Counted from the stretch's first letter, positions 28,438 through 37,847 are shown. The stretch is 64,000 bases of DNA from an uncultured Collinsella sp. (GCA_902470805.1 CABRHX010000006.1:30166-94165); one strand, 5' to 3'. Made by a program: numbers and translations. The notes: generated from the sequence alone by a model not told the origin.

Positions 28438-30684
28438 ATGACACTCGTATCCAAGACCTTTGAGCTGTACGGCAAGACCTACACCTTTGAGTCGGGCGAG
28501 CTTGCCAAGCAGGCCACCGGCGCCTGTCTGGTCAAGCAGGGCGACACCACGATGCTCGATACCGTGGTCGTCTCCAAGGAGCGCAAGAACTATGACTTCT
28601 TCCCGCTGACCGTCGATTTCAACGAGAAGATGTACGCTGCCGGCCGCATCCCGGGTGGCTACCTCAAGCGTGAGGGCCGTCCCAGCGAGAAGGCCACGCT
28701 CACCGCGCGCATGATCGACCGTCCGATTCGCCCGAGCTTCCCGGACGGCTTCCGCAACGAGGTACACATTGTCGCTACCTCGCTCGTCGCCGACCAGGTC
28801 AACCCCTTCGATGTCATCAACGTCATGGGTGCCTCCCTGGCCATGACGCTCGGCGGCGTGCCCTTCGAGGGCCCGCTTGCCTGCGTGCGCATCGGCCGTA
28901 ACGTGGAGACCGGCGAGTTTATCGTCAACCCCACCTACGAGGAGCGCGAGAACTCCGATCTGGACCTGGAGCTGGGCGGATCCGCCGACTTCATCTCGAT
29001 GGTCGAGGCCGGCGCCGAGGAGATCTCCGAGGACGACATGCTCGCCGCCATGAAGTTTGGCCAGGAGGCCCTTGCTGCCTTCTGCCAGGCTCAGGACGAG
29101 TTCGTCGCCGAGTGGGAGCAGGTTAACGGCCCCATCGTCAAGAAGGAGTACCCGCTCGACCAGCCCGTCGAGGAGGTCCAGGAGCGCATCTTCGCCCACT
29201 ACGACGAGATGGCTGCCGCCCTTCGCGACGCCGACAAGCTCTCCCGTATCGGTAAGGTCGAGGCTCTGAAGGAGTCCATCCGCGCCGAGTTCACCGAGGA
29301 GGAGCAGGCCGCTTGGGAGCGCGAGATCCCCGTGGCGCTCAAGAAGCTCGAGAAGAAGGCCATGCGCACCATGGTCGTCGAGACCGGCGAGCGCGTCGAC
29401 GGCCGTGCCGCCGACGAGATCCGCCCCATCATGGTGAAGGACAACTACCTGCCGCTCGTTCACGGCTCCGGTCTGTTCCAGCGTGGCCAGACCCAGGTGC
29501 TTTCCGTCCTGTCGCTCGGCATGCTCAACGAGGGCCAGCGCTTGGACACCATCGAGCCCACCGAGGGCAAGCGCTACATGCACCACTACAACTTCCCGCC
29601 GTTCTGCACCGGCGAGACCGGCCGCATGGGCAGCCCCAAGCGCCGCGAGATCGGTCACGGCAACCTGGCTGAACGCGCTCTGCTTCCGGTGCTTCCCGAC
29701 GAGAACGAGTTCCCCTACGCCATCCGCGTCGTCTCCGAGGTCATGGAGTCCAACGGCTCCTCTTCGATGGCTTCGACCTGCGGCTCCACGCTCGCCCTTA
29801 TGGACGGCGGCGTGCCCATTAAGCGCCCGGTCTCCGGTATCGCCATGGGCCTGATCCAGGAGGAGGGCAAGACCGTGGTCCTGTCCGACATCCAGGGTCT
29901 CGAGGACTTCCTGGGCGACATGGACTTTAAGGTCACCGGAACCACCGAGGGCATCACCGCCCTGCAGATGGACAACAAGGCCACTGGCCTCACCTTCGAC
30001 ATCCTGGCCCGCGCCCTGCAGCAGGCCAAGGAGGGTCGTGCCTTCATTCTGCAGAAGATGCTCGATGTGATCCCCGAGCCGCGCCACACCACACGCAGCA
30101 CAGCTCCGCGTATCGTCTCCATCCAGGTTCCGACCGACAAGATCCGCGACGTCATCGGTTCCGGCGGTAAGGTCATCCGTGGTATCCAGGATGAGACCGG
30201 CGCTTCGGTCGACATCCAGGAGGACGGCACCGTCTTTGTCGGCGGCACCGGCGAGTCCGTCGATCAGGCTGTCGAGCGCATCAAGCTCATCATTAAGGTT
30301 CCCGAGCCGGGCGAGGAGTACACCGGTCGAGTGGTCTCCATCCAGCCCTTCGGCGCCTTCGTGAACCTGCTGCCCGGCAAGGATGGCCTGCTGCACATCT
30401 CCCGCGTCGCCAAGGGCCGCGTGGAGAAGGTCGAGGACGTCCTCAACGTCGGCGACGAGGTCAAGGTCGTCGTCATCGAGGTCGACGATCGCGGCAAGAT
30501 CTCGCTCGATCGTCTTGATAAGCCCGAGGCCCCGGCTCGTGCCGAGGGTGCCTCCGAGGGCGACGGCGAGCACTTCCAGCGCCGTGAGCGTCCGCGTCGC
30601 GAGCGCTCCGAGCGCAGCGACCGCCCGCGCCGTCCCGGCGACAACGGAGGCCGCAAGCCCCGCCGTCACCACGACGCCGAGTAA
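28438..30684 (+). CDS. pnp: polyribonucleotide nucleotidyltransferase (PNPase)
   Basis: Two RNase PH domains, KH (GSGGKVIRGIQ) and S1 (GRVVSIQPFGAFVNL), and an Arg/Glu-rich C-terminal tail. Confidence 0.96.
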   Translation: MTLVSKTFELYGKTYTFESGELAKQATGACLVKQGDTTMLDTVVVSKERKNYDFFPLTVDFNEKMYAAGRIPGGYLKREGRPSEKATLTARMIDRPIRPSFPDGFRNEVHIVATSLVADQVNPFDVINVMGASLAMTLGGVPFEGPLACVRIGRNVETGEFIVNPTYEERENSDLDLELGGSADFISMVEAGAEEISEDDMLAAMKFGQEALAAFCQAQDEFVAEWEQVNGPIVKKEYPLDQPVEEVQERIFAHYDEMAAALRDADKLSRIGKVEALKESIRAEFTEEEQAAWEREIPVALKKLEKKAMRTMVVETGERVDGRAADEIRPIMVKDNYLPLVHGSGLFQRGQTQVLSVLSLGMLNEGQRLDTIEPTEGKRYMHHYNFPPFCTGETGRMGSPKRREIGHGNLAERALLPVLPDENEFPYAIRVVSEVMESNGSSSMASTCGSTLALMDGGVPIKRPVSGIAMGLIQEEGKTVVLSDIQGLEDFLGDMDFKVTGTTEGITALQMDNKATGLTFDILARALQQAKEGRAFILQKMLDVIPEPRHTTRSTAPRIVSIQVPTDKIRDVIGSGGKVIRGIQDETGASVDIQEDGTVFVGGTGESVDQAVERIKLIIKVPEPGEEYTGRVVSIQPFGAFVNLLPGKDGLLHISRVAKGRVEKVEDVLNVGDEVKVVVIEVDDRGKISLDRLDKPEAPARAEGASEGDGEHFQRRERPRRERSERSDRPRRPGDNGGRKPRRHHDAE

Positions 30685-30709
30685 CAGCTATACATAAACA
30701 GCTCAACAA

Positions 30710-30738
30710 GGGCGACTCCGGACAGGGGTCGCCCTTTT
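30710..30738 (+). terminator. rho-independent terminator of pnp
   Basis: GGGCGAC-N10-GGTCGCCC followed by TTTT. The T-tract overlaps the left arm of element P1. Confidence 0.75.
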
Positions 30739-30878
30739 GCTTGCGCCCGGGAGGGCCGCATATGAAGTTTCCTGCTCTACAGTCCTGCGCAAGACGGAAA
30801 GCACATTAAGTGCTTTCCTTTGCGTGCGGAACTCGCGATAAACTTCATATGCGGCCCTCCCGGGCGCAAGCAAAAGGG
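30732..30878. repeat. long-stem palindromic element P1: 39-bp perfect arms + 69-nt conserved core
   Basis: Arms 30732-30770 and 30840-30878 are exact reverse complements. The core 30771-30839 contains the inner hairpin GGAAAGCAC-ATTAA-GTGCTTTCC. Confidence 0.9.
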
Positions 30879-31003
30879 CTGGTTGGTGCCGCTTGCTATT
30901 TAGTTAGATAGTCTATTCAGTGGTCAGATTTCAGATCAGTAGATAGACACAGCAGTATTTCCCCTGATAAAACCTACCAAAATAAACCTATCTCATATTG
31001 GCA

Positions 31004-31144
31004 GGTCAGGGCTCAGCGGCCCCGGCACGGGCTAAGTTTATCGCGAGTTCCGCACGAACAGGAGGCCACTTAATGTGGCCTCCGTCGTGAGCAGGACTGT
31101 AGAGCAGGAAACTTAGCCCGTGCCGGGGCCGCTGAGCCCTGACC
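31004..31144. repeat. long-stem palindromic element P2: 36-bp perfect arms + 69-nt core, inverted relative to P1
   Basis: Arms 31004-31039 and 31109-31144 are exact reverse complements. The core 31040-31108 is the reverse complement of the P1 core at 59/69 positions, with compensatory changes in the inner hairpin (GGAGGCCAC-TTAAT-GTGGCCTCC). Confidence 0.9.
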
Positions 31145-31332
31145 GGCGGGATACACAGGTTCAGATGGGGCTTTGATGCATGGGTGGTCTGTGCTCGTGC
31201 AAATGGGTATCATATTTTGGTTATTGCATCGACTCTGTGATGCATGTTTGTACGTTCCCGGCGGTCGGTTTGCCAGAAGCGCCCCGTCGGTTGTTCCAGA
31301 CCCGTTTCGAAGAAAGGAAACCACACGAACCT

Positions 31333-33003
31333 ATGGCAGCTAAAAAATCATCTCCCTTGAAGATCATCCCGCTCGGCGGCCTTGACGGCATCGGCAAGAA
31401 CATGACGGTCTTCGAGTGCGGCGACGACATGGTGCTCGTCGACGCCGGCCTCATGTTCCCGGATGACTCCCAGCCCGGTATCGACCTGGTGCTTCCCGAC
31501 TACACCTATGTTTTGGAGAACGAGGAAAAGCTCCGCGGTATCGTCGTCACCCACGGCCACGAGGACCACACCGGTTCGCTTCCGTATCTGCTGCAGGACC
31601 TCAACAATAAGGTGCCCATCTTCTCGAGCAAGCTGACGCTTGGCTTTATCGAGGGCAAGCTTTCTGAGTTCCGCATCCGCGCGCCCAAGTTCCGCGAGGT
31701 TAAGGGCGGCAGCCATGTCAACCTCGGCGGCATCTCGCTCGACTTCTTCTCGATGACGCACTCCATCCCCGGCGCTCTGGGCGTGTTCATCCGCACCAAT
31801 CAGGGCACCGTTATGCACACCGGCGACTTTAAGCTCGACCAGACGCCCATCGACGGCGTCACGCCCGACTACGCCGCTATCAGCCGCTTTGCCAAGCAGG
31901 GCATCGACCTGCTGCTTTCCGACTCCACCAATGCCACGGTTCCCGGCTTTACCAAGTCCGAGGCCGAGGTTGGCCCCAATCTGCTGCACGCCATCAAGAA
32001 CGCCCCGGGTCGCGTGTTCGTCGCGTCGTTCTCGAGCCATATCCATCGCCTGCAGCAGATCTGCGATGCCGCTCGCAAGTGCGGCCGTAAGGTCGTTGTG
32101 ACCGGTCGCTCCATGCTCACCAACACCCGCGTGGCGCGTGAGCTGGGCTACCTCAACATCGACGATGCCGATATCATCGATGCCTTCGATATCGATAACC
32201 TGCCCGACGACAAGATCGTCGTCATGTGCACCGGTTCGCAGGGCGAGCCGCTGTCGGCCCTGTCCCGCATGGCCAACGGAGAGCACAAGACGCTCTCCAT
32301 CCACGAGGGCGATACCGTTATCCTCTCGGCAACGCCGGTCCCCGGTAACGAGAAAGCCGTCCAGCAGGTCGTCAACAGCCTGGCCAAGCTCGGTTGCGAC
32401 GTGTGGGATAAGAACCGAGCTCTTGTCCACGTCTCGGGCCACGGTAGCCAGGAGGAGCTCAAGCTCCTGATGGCCATGGCCAAGCCCACGTACTTTATGC
32501 CGGTTCACGGTGAAGCCGTGCATCTGCGCGCCCATGCCCAGCTGGCTCGCAAGATGGGCATCAAGGACGATCATATCTTTATCCTCGATAACGGCGACAC
32601 GCTCGAGATGCGCGGCGGTATCGTTAAACGCGGTACGCCCGTCGAGTCCGGCGTCGTCTACGTCGACGGCCTGCGTATCGGCGATACCGACCCCATCGTC
32701 CTGCGCGATCGTCAGAAGCTCGCCAACGACGGTATGGTTACCGCTGTTGCCATCGTCTCGCTCAAGCACAAGAAGATCGAGGCCATCGAGTTCTCGGGCC
32801 GCGGCGTCTCGTTTGCCATCGATGACCAGTTCTCCGAGGATGCCTCCGCGTCCATCATGAAGACGATCGAGAAGGGCAAGTTCAGTTTTACGAGCAGCGG
32901 TTCCGATGCCATTCGCAAGGCCGTGCGTGATTCGCTCTCTAACTTTATCTGGAGCCGTACGCGCACCCGTCCGATGATCATCCCGGTCGTCATGGAGGTT
33001 TAG
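31333..33003 (+). CDS. rnj: ribonuclease J
   Basis: MBL/beta-CASP motifs: HGHEDHTG, TGDFK, and SGHGSQEELK in the C-terminal region. ATG 31333. Confidence 0.93.
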   Translation: MAAKKSSPLKIIPLGGLDGIGKNMTVFECGDDMVLVDAGLMFPDDSQPGIDLVLPDYTYVLENEEKLRGIVVTHGHEDHTGSLPYLLQDLNNKVPIFSSKLTLGFIEGKLSEFRIRAPKFREVKGGSHVNLGGISLDFFSMTHSIPGALGVFIRTNQGTVMHTGDFKLDQTPIDGVTPDYAAISRFAKQGIDLLLSDSTNATVPGFTKSEAEVGPNLLHAIKNAPGRVFVASFSSHIHRLQQICDAARKCGRKVVVTGRSMLTNTRVARELGYLNIDDADIIDAFDIDNLPDDKIVVMCTGSQGEPLSALSRMANGEHKTLSIHEGDTVILSATPVPGNEKAVQQVVNSLAKLGCDVWDKNRALVHVSGHGSQEELKLLMAMAKPTYFMPVHGEAVHLRAHAQLARKMGIKDDHIFILDNGDTLEMRGGIVKRGTPVESGVVYVDGLRIGDTDPIVLRDRQKLANDGMVTAVAIVSLKHKKIEAIEFSGRGVSFAIDDQFSEDASASIMKTIEKGKFSFTSSGSDAIRKAVRDSLSNFIWSRTRTRPMIIPVVMEV

Positions 33004-33004
33004 T

Positions 33005-35785
33005 TTGGCGCGCGGATCTGCACAAAACGCCAAAGGTAATAAGGCCAATAACCAACCGGCATCTGCTAAGGGTGCCGGTTCCCATCTTCGTGCCAATAAG
33101 GGCCACGAGGCCGACTTCGGCGATTTTGAGCCGCTGGTCGAGCCCTCGGCCAACCGCGATATCGCCGGCGTGGTCATCGCCGTTTTGGCGATTGCGTCCT
33201 TCATTGCCGTGATTTCGCCGGCAACAGCGCCCGTGACGGCTGCGGTTGCCGGTTTCTACCACCTGGGCTTTGGTCTGGGCGCCTACGTGCTGCCGATCGT
33301 CATTTTGCTGTTTGCCGCCACGCTCTTTTTAGGTGAGGACTCGCCGCTCAACGCGCGCTCTGTTGCGGGCGGCGCCGTGGTCTTTATCGCCGTCGTCTCC
33401 ATTCTCTCGCTGATGGTGCCGGGTACGAGCGACTCGTGCGACCCTATGTTCACGCCGCAAAATCTGTCCGACTCGGGTGGCTATATCGGTGCGTTTATTG
33501 CGAGTGCGCTGCAGAATGCCCTGGGTAAGCCTATCGCGATGGTGGTCCTGTTGGGTCTGGCCGTCGTTGGTTTTGTCATCATTGGCTTTTCGGTGGGCGG
33601 CGTACTGCGCTCTGCCCGCGATCGTGCGGCAGATTTTGCCGAGCGCCGTCGTGCCGATGTTAACGCGAGCCCGTGGGGTGACGACGAAGCCCTGTCGGTG
33701 CCTGGTGTCGCCCGCCCCCGCCTGAGCATTCTGCGCCAAAAGAGTTCTGATGCGGCCGTGACCACGGTCATGGGCAACGATGTAGACCCGGTTTTGGACG
33801 ATGACGACGAGGACGAGGATCCGTTTGTCGACGTGTCCGAGTCGGTTGAGGCTGAGCGCGCTAAGACGACGCTGCTGCCGCGCCGTCATGCCAAGAAGGG
33901 CAAGGCTGCGCCTAAGCTCAATACGAGTGAGCCCGACCCGTCTTGGTCCGATAGCGAGATTGAGCTCACCGAGGGCGATGACGAGGATGACGAGGCTCCG
34001 ATTGAGACCGCAAAGACAACTTTGCTGCCGCGCCGCCATGCAAAGCGCGACCAGGTAACCGGTCAGCTTTCGATGGAAGACGACCCCGATAAGATCGACG
34101 AGTCCGAGCCGCCGTTTGCCGTGAATCCTGTTTCGGCAGCACCTCAGATCCCCGACTTCTTGAAGCATCCCAAGGTTGCCGATGCGTCTGCCTCGAGTGC
34201 TGTCGAATCGGCTGCGGCTAGCGATGGGGGAGCGGACGGCGGCGCCGCAGATAACGAGGGCGAAGAAGAGGACGGTCTCAAGCTTCCGCCGCTCGAGATC
34301 CTGCACGCCAACCCGCAGTCGGCGTCCTCCGCGTCATCTGACAAGGAGCTGGAACAGACTGCCGAGTCACTGCAATCCACCTTGCTTGAGTTTGGCCGCA
34401 GTGCCCGCGTGGTCGGCTGGATCGCCGGCCCCACGGTTACGACCTTTAAGCTTCAGCCCGGCGAGGGCGAGCGCGTGAGTAAGATTTCGAGCCTTGAGGA
34501 CGATATCGCGCTTTCGCTCGCTGCCCAGTCGGTGCGTATCTTTGCCCCGATCCCCGGCACCTCGCTCGTGGGCATCGAGATTCCAAATCGCAAGCGCCAA
34601 AACGTCAATCTGGGCGACGTGCTGCCCTATGTTAAGGGCGGTCCGCTCGAGCTCGCCATCGGCCGCGATGCCGAGGGCACGCCGGTTGTCGCTGACCTCG
34701 CCAAGATGCCCCACCTGCTGATTGCCGGTACGACCGGTTCTGGTAAGTCGGTGATGATCAATTCCATCATCACGACCCTGCTCATGCGAGCCCTTCCCGA
34801 GGACGTTCGCCTGATTATGGTCGACCCCAAGCGCGTCGAGCTTGCGGGCTATAACGGTCTCCCGCATCTCTATGTCCCCGTGGTGACCGAGCCCAAGCAG
34901 GCCGCGAGCGCTCTGCAATGGGCCGTGTCCGAGATGGAGCGTCGCCTGAAGGTCTTCGAGCGCCTTAACGTGCGTAAGATCTCGACCTACAACGAAAAGC
35001 AGGACGCCGGCGAGTTTGAGCATTACGACAACCCGCCGCAAAAGATGCCCTATCTGGTCATTATCATCGACGAGCTTTCGGACCTGATGATGGTCGCCGG
35101 CAAGGATGTCGAGGCCTCGATTGTGCGTATTGCGCAGCTGGGCCGTGCCGCCGGCATTCATCTTATCGTGGCCACGCAGCGTCCCAGCTCAAACGTGGTG
35201 ACGGGCCTCATCAAGGCCAACATCACCAACCGCATCGCCTTTAACGTCGCCACGGGCATCGACTCGCGCGTCATCATCGACCAGATGGGTGCCGAAAAGC
35301 TCACCGGTTTGGGCGACATGCTGTTCTCCAAGGTCGACTGGGGCAAGCCTCGCCGTATCCAGGGATGCTTTGTCTCGGATGACGAAATCAACGAGATTGT
35401 CGAGTTCGTCAAGTCGCAGAGCGAGCCCGACTACCACGAGGAGATCCTGTCTGCCGTGGCGCCCGCTTCCATGTCCATGGTGGGTGGCGGCGGCATTGTC
35501 CGCACCGGAGTAGCTGAGCCGCAAGACGATGATCCGCTCATTTGGGAAGCCGCCCATATTGTGGTGGAATCGCAGCTGGGCTCCACATCTGGCCTGCAAC
35601 GTCGTCTGAAGGTTGGCTATGCGCGTGCCGGGCGTATTATGGACATGCTGGAAGAAAAGGGTGTCGTCGGCCCGCCCGACGGTTCCAAGCCGCGCGAGGT
35701 CCTGTTGGACGAGGAGGGGCTTGCCGCGCTGGAATCTGTCGATGCCGAGATGGCACGTGAAGATCGTGAGTTTGGAGGATTCTGA
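33005..35785 (+). CDS. ftsK: DNA translocase FtsK
   Basis: N-terminal TM helices, long acidic linker, motor domain with Walker A GTTGSGKS, and a gamma wHTH at the C-terminus. TTG start after GGAGG. Confidence 0.93.
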   Translation: MARGSAQNAKGNKANNQPASAKGAGSHLRANKGHEADFGDFEPLVEPSANRDIAGVVIAVLAIASFIAVISPATAPVTAAVAGFYHLGFGLGAYVLPIVILLFAATLFLGEDSPLNARSVAGGAVVFIAVVSILSLMVPGTSDSCDPMFTPQNLSDSGGYIGAFIASALQNALGKPIAMVVLLGLAVVGFVIIGFSVGGVLRSARDRAADFAERRRADVNASPWGDDEALSVPGVARPRLSILRQKSSDAAVTTVMGNDVDPVLDDDDEDEDPFVDVSESVEAERAKTTLLPRRHAKKGKAAPKLNTSEPDPSWSDSEIELTEGDDEDDEAPIETAKTTLLPRRHAKRDQVTGQLSMEDDPDKIDESEPPFAVNPVSAAPQIPDFLKHPKVADASASSAVESAAASDGGADGGAADNEGEEEDGLKLPPLEILHANPQSASSASSDKELEQTAESLQSTLLEFGRSARVVGWIAGPTVTTFKLQPGEGERVSKISSLEDDIALSLAAQSVRIFAPIPGTSLVGIEIPNRKRQNVNLGDVLPYVKGGPLELAIGRDAEGTPVVADLAKMPHLLIAGTTGSGKSVMINSIITTLLMRALPEDVRLIMVDPKRVELAGYNGLPHLYVPVVTEPKQAASALQWAVSEMERRLKVFERLNVRKISTYNEKQDAGEFEHYDNPPQKMPYLVIIIDELSDLMMVAGKDVEASIVRIAQLGRAAGIHLIVATQRPSSNVVTGLIKANITNRIAFNVATGIDSRVIIDQMGAEKLTGLGDMLFSKVDWGKPRRIQGCFVSDDEINEIVEFVKSQSEPDYHEEILSAVAPASMSMVGGGGIVRTGVAEPQDDDPLIWEAAHIVVESQLGSTSGLQRRLKVGYARAGRIMDMLEEKGVVGPPDGSKPREVLLDEEGLAALESVDAEMAREDREFGGF

Positions 35786-37296
35786 TGGCTGCACGCTTTG
35801 GTGACATGCTGCTCGAGCAGCGTCGCCGAATGGGCCTTTCCATTCAGCAGGTCGCCAACACCATCAAAATCAGGCCGCAGATCATCGAGTTTTTCGAGAC
35901 CGGTAACTTTGCTTCGATGCCGCCGCGCGGCTATGCACAGGGCATGATTTCGAGCTATGCTCGCTTTTTGGGCCTCAATCCGCGCGAGGTCGTCAATGCC
36001 TACTTTGACGACCTGATGGCATACGAACGCGAAACGTCGCAGCAGGGCGGTCGTTTTCAGGACGCCGCCGGCTACGTCAATTCGCGTTCCTCGGTCGATA
36101 ACGGGCGCTTCCTGATGGTTCAGGGCGGTCGTTCGACCCGCTATGGACAGCGTCCTCAGCAGGCCGGTTATATTACTGAGACGGGTTCGGGCGAGGAGAT
36201 TCGCTCACAGCGTGACCGGTTCCGCAGTACGCCGATGCCCGAGGACCGTGCACTTCCCGCTGCCCGCGGCGTGGCGCGTGACCCTCGTGCCGGCTACGGC
36301 GACGGCGGCTATTCAGATCGCGGTCACCGTGGTGTCTCCACCGGACGCTCTCGCGGTGGCTATGCGGATGCCGATACCACGCAGGTGACGCCGCGTCTTC
36401 GCTCTCAATCACAGCCGTATGGCCAGCGCTCTTCGGCTCCGCGTTCGGGCCAACGTGGCTATCAAGGCCGCGGTGAACTTGCGCCCCGCTCGGGTCAGCG
36501 CAGCCTTCAGGGCCAGGGCGGCTATCGCGGCCGTTCCGATAGCAATCGTGGTCGTATGCCTCAGGGAGGCGGCCGCAGCAGTTCCGGTCGTGGACGCGGC
36601 GGATCCCGTACTCCTCAAAACAACGGGCTCGATCCGCGTATCATCTACGCCGGCATCGGTGCCGTTGCGCTGCTGTTGATTGTGCTCATCGTGGTGCTTC
36701 TGCGTGGCTGCGCATCTTCGACGCCCGAGACCACGCCCGAGACGCCCGCTGCTACCAAGACGACGACCAAGAAGTCTTCTAAGAAGACCGAAACGGTTGA
36801 CGAGGACGAAGACACCGATGAGGCGACGGATGAGTCGACCGATTCGGACGCCACCAAGACGACGGCTAAAAAGGAAGAGAACGAGGTAACGAAGGTCAAG
36901 GTCTCCGTTGCCAAGGGAAAGACCGCGTGGATTGAGGTCAAGGTCGACGGCAAGTCGGTCTATGGCGCCCAGGCGACTGGCCCCTTTGAGCAGGAGTACA
37001 CGCCCGAGTCCTCGATCGAGATCACCACGTCCAAGCCTTCCGATGTCACCGTTACCAAGAACGGTGAAAAGGTTCGTTACGATACCAAGACCTCGGGCGT
37101 GGCGCGTGTGACGATCACCGTTCCCAAGAAGGAGACGACTGATTCCGAGAATGGTGAAAGTTCTGATGGTACCGACACCACCGATGGTACCGATACCACC
37201 GACGGTACCGATGCCCAGTCCACGGATGGCGCCGATACCGCAACTGACGGTCAGACGCCCACCGATTCTACCGACTATTCGTACGATAGCTACTAA
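35785..37296 (+). CDS. RodZ-like helix-turn-helix membrane protein (XRE-type HTH + DUF4115-like C-domain)
   Basis: N-terminal HTH (LSIQQVANTIKIRPQIIEFFETGNF), RG-rich linker, one TM (IYAGIGAVALLLIVLIVVLL), beta-rich domain (VKVSVAKGKTAWIEVKVDGKSVY), and a T/D repeat tail. Confidence 0.75.
   Translation: MAARFGDMLLEQRRRMGLSIQQVANTIKIRPQIIEFFETGNFASMPPRGYAQGMISSYARFLGLNPREVVNAYFDDLMAYERETSQQGGRFQDAAGYVNSRSSVDNGRFLMVQGGRSTRYGQRPQQAGYITETGSGEEIRSQRDRFRSTPMPEDRALPAARGVARDPRAGYGDGGYSDRGHRGVSTGRSRGGYADADTTQVTPRLRSQSQPYGQRSSAPRSGQRGYQGRGELAPRSGQRSLQGQGGYRGRSDSNRGRMPQGGGRSSSGRGRGGSRTPQNNGLDPRIIYAGIGAVALLLIVLIVVLLRGCASSTPETTPETPAATKTTTKKSSKKTETVDEDEDTDEATDESTDSDATKTTAKKEENEVTKVKVSVAKGKTAWIEVKVDGKSVYGAQATGPFEQEYTPESSIEITTSKPSDVTVTKNGEKVRYDTKTSGVARVTITVPKKETTDSENGESSDGTDTTDGTDTTDGTDAQSTDGADTATDGQTPTDSTDYSYDSY
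37168..37215 (+). repeat. 18-bp tandem repeat (2.7 units) inside the RodZ-like gene
   Basis: GGTACCGACACCACCGAT / GGTACCGATACCACCGAC / GGTACCGATGCC, encoding GTDTTD repeats. Confidence 0.85.
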
Positions 37297-37322
37297 GCCG
37301 CTCGTACGCGAAAGGAAACATC

Positions 37323-37820
37323 ATGGCTAAAGATTCCAGCTTCGACGTCGTGTCCGAGGTCAACATGCAAGAGGTCGACAACGCCTTCCAGCAGACCACG
37401 CGCGAGATTTCCCAGCGCTATGACCTTAAGGATTCTGGCGCCACGATCGAGCTTTCGAAGGGCGACAAGCTCTTTACGATCAACGCCCCGGCCGACTTTG
37501 TCTCCAAACAGATTATCGACGTGTTGAGCTCTAAGCTCATCAAGCGCGGCATCGACCTCAAGGCTGTCTCGTGGGATGCTCCGCAGGCGGCGTCGGGCGG
37601 CACCGTGCGCGTGCTCGGCCATATCGTCGAGGGTATCGACCAGGCGACCGCCAAGAAGATCAACAAGGACATCAAGGACCAAAAGCTCAAGGTCAAGGTG
37701 ACCATCGAGGCCGACAAACTGCGTGTTTCCTCTGCTTCGAAGGACGCGTTGCAGACCGTGATCCAGTTCCTGCGCGACCAGGACTACGGCCAGCCGCTGC
37801 AGTTCACCAACTACCGCTAA
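37323..37820 (+). CDS. yajQ: YajQ family nucleotide (c-di-GMP)-binding protein
   Basis: MAKDSSFDVVSEVNMQEVDNAFQQTTREISQRYDLKDS, typical of UPF0234/YajQ. Confidence 0.88.
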   Translation: MAKDSSFDVVSEVNMQEVDNAFQQTTREISQRYDLKDSGATIELSKGDKLFTINAPADFVSKQIIDVLSSKLIKRGIDLKAVSWDAPQAASGGTVRVLGHIVEGIDQATAKKINKDIKDQKLKVKVTIEADKLRVSSASKDALQTVIQFLRDQDYGQPLQFTNYR

Positions 37821-37847
37821 TATCAATCGAAAGGACCGCTCTCCAAC

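Noticed and set aside
28426-30672. 748-aa minus-strand ORF antisense to pnp. Similar long antisense ORFs: 21794..23662, 25685..27523, 31348..33204, 42639..44363, 61437..62921.
   Set aside because: Each is exactly antisense to a gene with clear family motifs. Their sequences are low-complexity (L/G/D/A/H/R-rich), they lack SD-linked starts, and they span several unrelated sense genes.
30762-30809. 15-codon mini-ORF MKFPALQSCARRKAH inside element P1, whose counterpart in P2 ends ...AKFPALQSCSRRRPH
   Set aside because: The P2 copy has no nearby start codon (only the implausible 84-aa ORF 31070..31324), and neither has an SD. The amino-acid differences coincide with base changes that are compensatory for the hairpin. 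So the structure, not a peptide, explains the conservation.
33860-34045. Duplicated 12-aa segment AKTTLLPRRHAK in the FtsK linker (33860-33895 and 34010-34045)
   Set aside because: The duplication is real, but it lies in the poorly conserved, low-complexity linker of FtsK, and the nucleotide copies are already diverged. I judged it an ordinary linker duplication.
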